NCBI GenBank assembly: GCA_965223325.1
Contig: CBDCWI010000001.1
Coordinates: forward strand, 1,536,001-1,600,000
From: Candidatus Multivoradales bacterium
GTDB lineage: Bacteria; Acidobacteriota; Thermoanaerobaculia; Multivoradales; Multivoraceae
DNA: 64,000 nucleotides
Reading direction: 5' to 3'
Shown here one piece after another: positions 19,815-29,400 of the stretch; position 1 is the stretch's first letter; each line of letters opens with the position of its first letter. A model generated the notes under the pieces. It made no database searches and had not been told where the DNA came from. It was given only the letters and a program-made list of their open reading frames with translations. Made by a program: the position numbers and the translations under genes.

Positions 19815-19993
19815 GCCTCTATATACGTATGGCGCCTATATTGGTTGCAGTTCTGCCGCAGGACAGCAGCGCGCAGCAAGGATGGGCGAATCGGCTACCC
19901 CTCGAGATGGCTCGAAGCCAAGACCACCGACACAGGCGAGAGCTTGCAGCCTCAAGCCCTCGGGAAGTCCGATAGCCCATAGGATCCACGGTA

Positions 19994-20752
19994 ATGACCT
20001 GGTTCCTCTCCTTCTTCGAGCGCTTCTTCACCGAAGTCGGTCGCTTCTTCGAGATGCTGTGGCAGGTGTTGCGTTGGACGCCACGGCGGCCGTGGGACTT
20101 CCAGGAGCTGCTGGGACAAATGGTGAGGGTAGGAATTCTCTCGGTGCCGGTAGTGCTTCTCACGGCGCTGTTCACTGGCATGGTGATGGCGCTGCAGATG
20201 TACAGCACCTTGGCGCGGGTCAATGCTGAAAGTTATACGGGGTCGATCATTGCCTTGTCGCTGGTCCGCGAACTCGCACCGGTTCTCGGCGCGCTGATGA
20301 TCGCCGGACGCTGCGGCTCGGCGATGGGTGCGGAGCTGGGCACCATGCGGGTCACTGAGCAGATCGATGCGCTCGAAGTCCTGGCTACCGACCCGGTGCA
20401 CTATCTGATCGTGCCGAGGGTGTGGGCGACTGCTATCACTCTGCCACTTCTCATCGGCCTGGCCGACGCGGTGGGCATCTGGGGCGGCTATCTGGTTTCG
20501 GTCGTCATGATGGGGGCCAACCCGGTTTCCTACATGGACAAGTCGTTCCAGTTCATGGAATCGGCAGACATCGCGAGCGGCCTCATCAAAGCGGCGGTGT
20601 TCGGCTTCATCATCGCGCTCATCGGCTGTCAGAAGGGCTTTCACACCCGAGGCGGCGCCAAAGGGGTCGGTCGGGCAACCACCCAGGCCGTGGTGACGGC
20701 GAGCATCTCGGTTCTGATCGTCGACTTCTTCCTGACCAAGATTCTCTTCTAG
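19994..20752 (+). CDS. mlaE: MlaE family ABC permease
   Basis: RELAPVL, AGRCGSAMGAELGTMRVTEQIDAL, GGAKGVGRATTQAVV. Confidence 0.95.
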   Translation: MTWFLSFFERFFTEVGRFFEMLWQVLRWTPRRPWDFQELLGQMVRVGILSVPVVLLTALFTGMVMALQMYSTLARVNAESYTGSIIALSLVRELAPVLGALMIAGRCGSAMGAELGTMRVTEQIDALEVLATDPVHYLIVPRVWATAITLPLLIGLADAVGIWGGYLVSVVMMGANPVSYMDKSFQFMESADIASGLIKAAVFGFIIALIGCQKGFHTRGGAKGVGRATTQAVVTASISVLIVDFFLTKILF

Positions 20753-20767
20753 TCGAGCCGCCCGCCG

Positions 20768-21529
20768 ATGAACAAGAACGCCACCACCATCGAGATCTCC
20801 GGAGTGCACAAGAGCTTCGGCAGTAAGCATGTCTTGCGCGGCATCGACCTCGAGGTGTTTGACGCCGAGTCGATCGTTCTACTGGGAGGTTCAGGAACCG
20901 GCAAGAGTGTGCTCCTGCGCCACATGATCGGTCTCCTCCACCCTGACCAGGGGGTCGTCCGGGTCGACGGCGTCGATCTCAGCACGCTCGACCGCACCGA
21001 GATCACCGAGTTTCGCCGCCGATTCGGAATGGCCTTTCAAGAGGGTGCGCTCTTCGACTCGATGACGGTCTTTGACAATGTCGCCTTTCCGCTGCGACGC
21101 GCCGAGCGCTTCTCGAAAGGCGAGATCCGCGACCGGGTCGAAGAGTGCCTCGCCATGGTGCAACTCGAGGGCACCGGGCCGTCGTTTCCCGACGAACTCT
21201 CGGGGGGCATGCGGCGGCGAGTGGGCTTTGCGCGGGCCATCGCGCTCAAGCCCGAGATCCTGCTCTTCGATGAACCGAATACCGGTCTCGACCCGGTCAA
21301 CTCGGCTGTCATCGACGACCTGATCATCCGCATGCGCACCGAAACCAGCGCGACGACGGTCACCGTCACGCATGACATGCGGAGTGCGTTTCGGATCGCC
21401 AACCGTATCGTGATGTTGCACCGCGGGCAGATCATCGCCGACGCGCCACCCGATCAATTCAGGGACCTTCCCAACCCTTTGGTTCAGCAGTTCCTCGAAG
21501 GCACTGCCGAGCTAGCCACCGAACCCTAG
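20768..21529 (+). CDS. mlaF: MlaF family ABC ATPase
   Basis: GGSGTGKS, LSGGMRRR, DEPNTGLDP, VTHD. Confidence 0.95.
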   Translation: MNKNATTIEISGVHKSFGSKHVLRGIDLEVFDAESIVLLGGSGTGKSVLLRHMIGLLHPDQGVVRVDGVDLSTLDRTEITEFRRRFGMAFQEGALFDSMTVFDNVAFPLRRAERFSKGEIRDRVEECLAMVQLEGTGPSFPDELSGGMRRRVGFARAIALKPEILLFDEPNTGLDPVNSAVIDDLIIRMRTETSATTVTVTHDMRSAFRIANRIVMLHRGQIIADAPPDQFRDLPNPLVQQFLEGTAELATEP

Positions 21530-21541
21530 GAAAAAGACGCC

Positions 21542-23014
21542 ATGTCCAACATCGTCAAAGTCGGCCTTTTCGCCGTCGCCTGTCTCATAGCCGTTGCCGC
21601 GCTGATTCTCCGCGTCGAGGACCTCAACCCCTTCGGTGGCGATCCAATGCGCTACGACGTCTTGTTCGACACCGTCACCGGTCTCGACGACAAGGCCGCG
21701 GTGCGCGTCGCCGGCGTCCGCATCGGTCGCGTCGATGGCATCGAGCTGGTCGACCGGAGGGCCCGGGTCAGGTTGGTAATCGACACCCCCGTCGATCTAC
21801 CCGAGGGCAGCTACGCGTCGATCGCCAACGTTGGTCTGCTGGGAGAGAAGTACGTGGAACTGGTTCCGGGGCCGGCTGGCAACGCGCTCTTGCCTCCCGG
21901 CTCGACGCTCGAAGGTGAGGTGCCGTTGTCGTGGGATCAGGCGATGGCCAAGGTCTCTGAAATCGGTGACTCGGTGCTCGATCTGACGGCCGGCGTCAGT
22001 GGCGATGGCGGCAGCGGCAATCTCGGTCGACTACTCGACAACCTGGCAGCGATGAGCGCCGAGCTGCGCGAGCTGGTGGCAGCCAATCGCGGCCAGATCG
22101 AGGGCACGATCACCAACTTCGATGCGGTCTCACGAACCCTGGCGGTCGAACTTCCCCGCATTGCCGAGCAGATGGCACGAGCCCTCACCCAGATTGAGAC
22201 CGTAGTGGCCGAAAACCGCGACGACTTCGGTGAAGGCCTCTCGAACATCAAACAGCTCACCGAGAGTTTCAAGACCTCGGTCGATAACCTGAACGCCATC
22301 ACCGGCACGCTCGCCTCTGGCGAAGGCAGCCTCGGAAAGCTCCTCAACAGCGACGAAGCGCACGACGGCCTGGTCAGCACGCTCAGTTCGCTCGAAGGAG
22401 GCGTCGAAGAGCTGCGGGCCTCGCTCGGTCGCATCGACAGAATGCAGCTCGATCTCGGCTTCGAGGGCTACTACCTCGAGGATCGCGAGGACTTCCGCAC
22501 CGCTTTCAAGCTCAACATCGACCCGCAGACCAACCGCTTCTACCGCATCGAGGCCGTCGACGACCCCCGCGGCCGTCTGCGCACCGCTCGCGACACCATC
22601 ACCACCACAGTCGACGGAACGACCGAGATCAAGACCATCGAAACCCGGCGGCGCGAAGACAAGATCTTGATCTCGGCGCAGCTTGGGTTCGAGCTCGGTC
22701 AGTTCGATCTGCGCGGCGGGCTCATCGAGTCGAGTGGCGGCGCCGGCCTCGACTGGCGGGCACCATCCGACCGTTTCCGTCTGTCGCTCGACGCTTTCGC
22801 ATTCGGCCGCGACGGCGAGGGGCTGGACGGCGAGGACCTCGCGCCTCGCCTGCGCCTGACCGGCAAGTGGCTCGCCAACGACAACGTCTACTTCGTCGGC
22901 GGCTACGACGACTTCCTCGAGAGCGACACCGGTTCCCTTTTCCTGGGTGTCGGCATTCGCTGGCAGGACGATGACCTGAAGTACCTGCTGGGTTCGGTAC
23001 CCACGAATTTCTAG
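21542..23014 (+). CDS. mlaD: MlaD/MCE protein with a long helical region and a beta-rich C-terminal domain
   Basis: N-terminal TM, GL..KAAVRVAGVRIGRV, GLLGEKYVEL. Confidence 0.9.
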   Translation: MSNIVKVGLFAVACLIAVAALILRVEDLNPFGGDPMRYDVLFDTVTGLDDKAAVRVAGVRIGRVDGIELVDRRARVRLVIDTPVDLPEGSYASIANVGLLGEKYVELVPGPAGNALLPPGSTLEGEVPLSWDQAMAKVSEIGDSVLDLTAGVSGDGGSGNLGRLLDNLAAMSAELRELVAANRGQIEGTITNFDAVSRTLAVELPRIAEQMARALTQIETVVAENRDDFGEGLSNIKQLTESFKTSVDNLNAITGTLASGEGSLGKLLNSDEAHDGLVSTLSSLEGGVEELRASLGRIDRMQLDLGFEGYYLEDREDFRTAFKLNIDPQTNRFYRIEAVDDPRGRLRTARDTITTTVDGTTEIKTIETRRREDKILISAQLGFELGQFDLRGGLIESSGGAGLDWRAPSDRFRLSLDAFAFGRDGEGLDGEDLAPRLRLTGKWLANDNVYFVGGYDDFLESDTGSLFLGVGIRWQDDDLKYLLGSVPTNF

Positions 23015-23047
23015 CGCGCCCGTGGTTTTACCACGGGCGCGCTAGAA
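23009..23047. terminator. Perfect 18-bp-stem hairpin overlapping the mlaD stop and the first repeat unit
   Basis: TTCTAGCGCGCCCGTGGT-TTT-ACCACGGGCGCGCTAGAA; no U-tract follows, so the terminator role is uncertain. Confidence 0.5.
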
Positions 23048-23703
23048 GTCACATTGGCCGCGCATGCGGTCCGCCGCGTGTGTCGGATGCTCGGGCGCTC
23101 GCCCTGCACTTGCGCTCTTGCACTGCGAAGGGCCGGCGCGCGCGGCGGATCCCGGGCTCCGATGAAACGGTTCCCTGGCGAGAATGGGGGCACACACGGG
23201 CGCGCTAGAAGTCACATTGGCCGCGCATGCGGTCCGCCGCGTGTGTCGGATGCTCGGGCGCTCGCCCTGCACTTGCGCTCTTGCACTGCGAAGGGCCGGC
23301 GCGCGCGGCGGATCCCGGGCTCCGATGAAACGGTTCCCTGGCGAGAATGGGGGCACACACGGGCGCGCTAGAAGTCACATTGGCCGCGCATGCGGTCCGC
23401 CGCGTGTGTCGGATGCTCGGGCGCTCGCCCTGCACTTGCGCTCTTGCACTGCGAAGGGCCGGCGCGCGCGGCGGATCCCGGGCTCCGATGAAACGGTTCC
23501 CTGGCGAGAATGGGGGCACACACGGGCGCGCTAGAAGTCACATTGGCCGCGCATGCGGTCCGCCGCGTGTGTCGGATGCTCGGGCGCTCGCCCTGCACTT
23601 GCGCTCTTGCACTACGAAGGGCCGGCGCGCGCGGCGGATCCCTGGCTCCGATGAAACGGTTCCTGGAGAGAATGGCGGCCCACACGGGCGCTAGAAGTCA
23701 CAT
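23032..23703. repeat. 163-bp tandem repeat, 4 units plus a partial fifth
   Basis: Units start at 23032, 23195, 23358, 23521 and about 23683; the first three look identical, the fourth carries substitutions. Confidence 0.97.
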
Positions 23704-23731
23704 CCCCCTCGGGCAGCTCTGCCGGACCCGG

Positions 23732-26182
23732 TCAGTCCGCCCTCAGCGTTCTTGCTGGATCCAGCCGCGCCGCTCTCCTTGCCGGCAGGAAGCCTGCTAG
23801 TTGAGCGACGAAGAGGAGGATCAGGGAAACGGCGATGAAGGTCATCGGCCCGGCGGCGTTGGCGACGGCCAGGCCTTCGAGCTGACTGCCGGCCAGGCGA
23901 ATCATTGCGAACGCGAGCCCCAGGCCGATGACCAGCCCAATGACGGTCAGTTTCGCCGCCTGGCCGACGACCGAACGCACGATTTCTCCCGGCCGAGCGC
24001 CGAGTGCCATGCGGATGCCGATTTCGCGCGAGCGCTGCGCCACCGAGTACGACACCACGCCATAGATGCCGACTGCGGCGAGCGAGAGGGCAATCATCGC
24101 CAGGCAGGTCAAGAGACCGACGATGAAGGTGTTCTGCGTGTCGATTCTGCTGATCACCGAGGTCATCGGCAGCACCTGATCGACGGGCAGACGCGGATCG
24201 ATCTTCCAGATCGTCTGGCGTGCCTCGGCGGTCAGGGCATCGGGGCGGGCGCTGGTTCGCACGGCAAGGAAGACTCCTCGCTGCGGATCCTGGTCGACGG
24301 GCAGCATGACCACCGGCGCATCGCGCTCGGCAAAGCGCAGCGAATGCCGATACATCTGCACGCTTTCGATCACTCCCACCACCCGCCGCGGTGCTTCCGG
24401 CGCACCCCCGCCGACGAGCTGAACGGTGCGGTCGAGTGGAGTCTCGCCCGGCCAAAGGAGCTCTGCAGCGACGCGGTTGAGGACCACAACGGGTTCCGAG
24501 TCTGCGCGATCACGTTCATCGAAGAGGCGACCGCTGGTGAGCTCGGCGCCGAAGGTCTCGAGCCAATGCGGCCCGACCGAGAAGTGAATCGCATTGGGCG
24601 CCGACTCTTCGTCGCTGGCCACCTCGCCCGGTCGCACGGCACGCGTCGTACGAAAACCGGGCCCCAGGGTGAGCGGAAGAAACTGCGATGCGGTGGCCCG
24701 CTCCACCGCCGGCATGGCCGCCAGACCCTTGACAGCCTGGTCGACGAAGCGGGCGCGCTCGGCCGGTGTTTCGTAGTCGTACTCGGGCAGCGACACCTGG
24801 AGGGTGAGCAGGGACTCGGGATCAAAGCCCGGATCGAGCGAATAAAGGTGCTGGAACGAACGGATCAAGCCGCCGGCCGTCCCCAGAAGGGCCAGGGCGA
24901 GCGCAACCTCGGCGGTAATCAAGGCACCGCGCATGAAGCGTCGGCGCGGCCCACCGGATCCGCGACTGCCCTCTCGCAGGACTCCGGAGATGTCAGGGCG
25001 CGAGAGCTGAATGGCCGGCAGCAAACCGAGCAGCAACGCCGCGACCAGAACCACCCCACCGGTGTGTAGGAGCACAGCCGGGTCGAGATCGAGCTGTGCC
25101 GCCAGGAACCCGATGGCCGGGTCGGGCGCGATCAGGTTGCGCACGACGTTGATGCCGTAGCGCGCCAACGCCAACCCCAGTGCCCCACCGAGCATCGCCA
25201 GCAGCAGGCTTTCGGTGAGGAGCTGGCGAATCAATCGCCCGCGACTGGCGCCGAGCGAGGTTCGCATCGCCAGTTCTCGCTCGCGGAGGGTGGCGCGCGA
25301 AAGAATCAGGTTGGCGACGTTGGCGCAGGCGATCAACAGAACGAAGGTGATGGCGCTGTAGAGCAATCCCATCACCAGAGTCGCACCGCCCGAGGCGTTC
25401 TCGCGCATGGTTTCGAGAGTCACCGACCAACCCTTGTGGGTGGCGGGCCAGGTATTGGCCAAGCGCTCACCGAACGCTTCGACGCGCGCCAGGGTTGCCT
25501 CCTTGACGGCCGCATCGGGAAGCCGGCCCACGACGAGATAGGTGCGCGCGTCACGCGGCTCTTTGCCGCGCTCGAGACGCAGCGGCAGCCAGAGATGGGT
25601 CTCACGATCAGGAAAGAAGAAGTTCTCGGCTGCAACACCAACCACCGTGTACGTCTGCCCGTCGAGCACCAGCGAGCGACCGAGAGCCGACCGCTCGCCG
25701 CCGAGCTGCGACTCATAGAAGCTGTGGCTGACCACCGCGACCAGGTCGGCTCCGGTGGCCTCGTCACGACGTTCGATCCCGCGCCCGAGGGCGATCGTCG
25801 GCCCGAAGGCCTCGAGGAAGCCTCCCGAAACCGTCCAGGCCCGTTCGGCCCGCGGCTCGCCGTCGCCACTGCGGTTGACGACGATGTTCGTACCCGCCGC
25901 CAGTCGCTCGAAACCGTCGACCTGCTCCCGCAGGTCGAGAAAGTCGTCGGCCGACCAGACGAACTGGGTCAAGGCCTGTTCCTGGTTCTGCGTCCACACG
26001 ATGGTGAGGCGGTCGGGATCGTCGACGGCAAAAGGCGTCAGCAACCCGGCGACGAGACTGAACACCGTTGCATTGGCGGCAATCGCCAGGCCCAACGCAA
26101 CAACCGCCGCGACTGTAAAGGCAGGACTACGCCGTAGGCTGCGCATGGCGAAGGTGAGATCCCGTCGCAGGTCTTCGAACAT
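23732..26182 (-). CDS. ADOP family duplicated permease, copy 3
   Basis: GGAGG RBS, MFEDLRRDLTFAMRSLRRSPAFT, IACANVANL, REIGIRMALGA. Confidence 0.93.
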   Translation of the reverse strand: MFEDLRRDLTFAMRSLRRSPAFTVAAVVALGLAIAANATVFSLVAGLLTPFAVDDPDRLTIVWTQNQEQALTQFVWSADDFLDLREQVDGFERLAAGTNIVVNRSGDGEPRAERAWTVSGGFLEAFGPTIALGRGIERRDEATGADLVAVVSHSFYESQLGGERSALGRSLVLDGQTYTVVGVAAENFFFPDRETHLWLPLRLERGKEPRDARTYLVVGRLPDAAVKEATLARVEAFGERLANTWPATHKGWSVTLETMRENASGGATLVMGLLYSAITFVLLIACANVANLILSRATLRERELAMRTSLGASRGRLIRQLLTESLLLAMLGGALGLALARYGINVVRNLIAPDPAIGFLAAQLDLDPAVLLHTGGVVLVAALLLGLLPAIQLSRPDISGVLREGSRGSGGPRRRFMRGALITAEVALALALLGTAGGLIRSFQHLYSLDPGFDPESLLTLQVSLPEYDYETPAERARFVDQAVKGLAAMPAVERATASQFLPLTLGPGFRTTRAVRPGEVASDEESAPNAIHFSVGPHWLETFGAELTSGRLFDERDRADSEPVVVLNRVAAELLWPGETPLDRTVQLVGGGAPEAPRRVVGVIESVQMYRHSLRFAERDAPVVMLPVDQDPQRGVFLAVRTSARPDALTAEARQTIWKIDPRLPVDQVLPMTSVISRIDTQNTFIVGLLTCLAMIALSLAAVGIYGVVSYSVAQRSREIGIRMALGARPGEIVRSVVGQAAKLTVIGLVIGLGLAFAMIRLAGSQLEGLAVANAAGPMTFIAVSLILLFVAQLAGFLPARRAARLDPARTLRAD

Positions 26183-26442
26183 TGCGGCTTCCTCCTGAGG
26201 GTTGCCCGGACTACGACCGCACGCGGCCAGCTGTTTCGCTTCGCCGCCCATTGGAATGAATTGGTTCTCGCCCGGGCCGAATTCCTCGTAATTCTCGGGA
26301 GCGAGTTCGAGATCCGCTCGAAAACACCGGCGGAGGGAGGGTAAAACGACGTTCAGATGACTCCCAGTGCAATGAGATTCCGTCTTTTTCCAAGGGTGGC
26401 GCCCCTGCGGGGTGCGGTCCACCGTTCTCTCGGAGATGCCAC

Positions 26443-29400
26443 ATGTCAACCATGCCCCGCCTCCTCACGCTCCCTGTGTGCTCTGCTTTCTTCGCCTTCC
26501 TTGCCCTTCCAACTGGCGCACAGACCTTTCCCGACATTGCCGACGTCAACACGGCTGCGTGCTCTGACAACTACTCGCGCGTGCACGATTGCTACAACGT
26601 CGAGCTGCCCGACCCGCCAAGCCTCGAACGCTCGCTGTCGGCTTTCGGCGACGACGACGAACACGTCGTGACGATGCCCGAGGGCCCCGCCCGCGACGGC
26701 GCGACCCACGTGCTGCCCAACGTGCGCACCTCGAACGACGGTCGCCTGCTGCTGATGCCCGCCGGCGCCCGCCCGGGCTTTACCGTCTTTCGACCCGAGA
26801 CCCTCGGTTACGACCTCGAGCAGCGTGGCAGCGACCAGACCTTCGGCCATGGCGCCTACTCAGCCAAGCGCACGGTATTTCCCGCAACGCTCTTTGACCC
26901 GCGGCGCACGCTCTTTGATCTCGACCAGAGTTCCTGGCCGGCGATCTACCACGACTCGATCTGCGACGACTCCTCGACCGCCTACGACCTTGGATCGTCG
27001 ATCTCATCCGGGCGCAACCCACGCGCCTGCTCTGCACTCGTTGCACTCTCGGGCAACCCCCTCGACGCGGCCAACGCCCAGCTCGTCGATGGCGACTGCT
27101 ACGATGTCTCGATTCTCGCCAACGCCTCGAAAGACGAGATGTGGGAACTGATCACCAACAAGTTCACCGTCTTCGTACCGCGGGCCAAAGAACCCGACGC
27201 CGGCGAGCCGAAGGTCTACATCTACCCGCGCATGTCGGGCAACCAGCTGCCCTTCCACGGCGACTACTCAGCCTTCAACTTCCACTGGACCGGCACCACC
27301 TGGGACTGGAGCTGGCAGTTCGAGCTCCAGAAGCTGCGCCAGGAGTGCGTCGACAAACCGTCGTGGCAGCGGCCGGCGTACTGCGGGTTCCAGAACACCC
27401 TCGAGACTTCGGCAACGAACGGCTTCGTGATGGATCAGGACGGCGACGGTCAGATCGACTCGGGCGAACGTTGGAGTGGCAAACGCTGCTCGGCACAGAA
27501 CCCTGGCTCTGACTGCGGCAACTGGTTCCTGTTCGAGCCTTCGATCACCGCCGACGGTCGCCTCCTGGTCGTCAACGCCGCCGGTATCGGCCTCTACTAC
27601 TCCTACAGTGAGAACGCCTGCTCGGCCAACGGCTGGCGCTTCTTCCGGCCGCTCTCGGCGATGCCCTTCGACTCGCGACTAAAGGGTCGCTACCCGATCG
27701 CCGCCCAGCCCTTTCGAACCAGCACCGGCGAGCCGATTCTTCGCCAGAGCAACGGCAAGTATCCGAACGTGCGCGGCGCCTACCCGTGGATCGACCGGCA
27801 GGGGCGCAATCTCTTCTATTCGCCCATCAACGACGCACGCGATGGCTACGAGGCGCTCGACGTAACCGAACCATGCCCACCCGGCACACCCTGGTACAAG
27901 TGTGAGTACGACGCGTCGTACGCCGGCACCTACCAGGTTCCTGACGAGGGTCCCGGCAAGGGCACCTCGGTGATTGGCGCCTGGACGCGCGGCAAGCTCG
28001 TCCATCTCGACGGGCGGTTGAACTTCACCACCTTCGGCAACCTGCGCGCCAACAACGCCAACGTCAACCACAACAAGAAGAGCTCGTGGGAGATCCAGCT
28101 CTACAACGGTCCGCCGACCTTCATGGAACCGATGGGCACCACCCGTCTGCAATCGGCCGAGAACCTCTACAACGCCTACGACGCGCTGCGCCCCACCCAG
28201 CCGTTCGACGTCGTGTGGTCGGTGGCCGCCAACAATCAGCAGACCCAGGAGGTCGTCTTCGACGAGTTCATGAACTCGAACGCCTTCATCGTTGCGCCGA
28301 TGAATGCACCCTTTACGACTTTCGGGTCGCGGCAGGAGATCTTTCTCGACGACGGCTTCGTTCCGCGAAACCCCGAGAAGAGCGTGCGCTTCAACGGCCC
28401 CGGCACTGCCGACTTCGGCTTCCGTCGTAGCCCGAAGCTCCAGAACCAGTCGACACTCGAGGCCGGCGTTTGCACGGCGGGCTCGCCCGGACCGGGTGGC
28501 ACCTGCCGGCTGGTCACCTGGGGTGAGAACAACCGCACCTACACCTGGCTCTCCTGGTCGCATCGCATCCGGGTACGGGTTCCAGGTGCCTGGCCGCTGT
28601 GGTTCGTCAACTACTGCCCCAGCGGCACCCAGCGAGTCTCCAACTCGACATCGGGTTGGGATCGCATCCAGGAGTGTCGTGTGAACCTGCCGTCCGGAGT
28701 CTCGGGTGGCGATGCCTTCATCTCCGGCAACGCGCTCGCCTTCCAGGCTGCACCGCTCAATCCCTTCGAGCTCACCCCGCCGACCTATCTTTCGGTACGC
28801 GGCGGAGCGCGGGTCGAGCCGGTGGCTCTGGGTGGCGTGATCGGAAACGGCCTCTGGCTCGACGGCAAGAACGACCACATCGCCGCCTCCTATCCGGCGC
28901 CGCCGGTGCATGACTGGTACGTGGGAATGTGGCTCGACCCGCGGCCCTCCGACAACCAGCGGCGCACGCTGTTCACCTTCGCCGACGGCTCGCGCGTCAT
29001 GTGGCGACCGAATGAACTCTCGGCCTGGCACGCACCGAGCGGCCAGACCAAAGCGCGCGGGCTCGCCAACATCGGACTCGAGGGAACAGAGGGGCAGCCC
29101 GGGGAGTACTTCCACCTCGGACTGCACATCTCGACCAGCGGTTCGAACAGAGTCCTGCGCATCTCCATCGACGGTACCCGCCTGCCTGGGGCCCTCTCCT
29201 TTCAAACCACAGCGAGCAACCCGGGATTTGACATGAGCCGTCCCGGCCAGAGCCAAGGAGCGTTCTGGGTCGGCGACTTCGGTGGCGGAAGCGGGGCACG
29301 TCCTCCCTTCCGCGGTTGGATCGACGAGCTGCGCGTGTACGCTCTCGGTCCAGCCGAACGGGCCCCGAGCTCGTGGTTCGATGAAACAGCGTGCAACCTC

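Noticed and set aside
23140-23190. Hammerhead ribozyme or group II intron domain V (CCGATGAAACGGTTC)
   Set aside because: Lacks the CUGAUGA core and the AGC-triad domain V geometry; no reverse transcriptase nearby.
23032-23703. CRISPR or other guide array
   Set aside because: Units are identical end to end with no unique spacers, and there are no cas genes in the window.
23011-23800. ORFs within the 163-bp repeat
   Set aside because: The unit length is not a multiple of 3; the ORFs are repeat-derived and lack RBS or family motifs.
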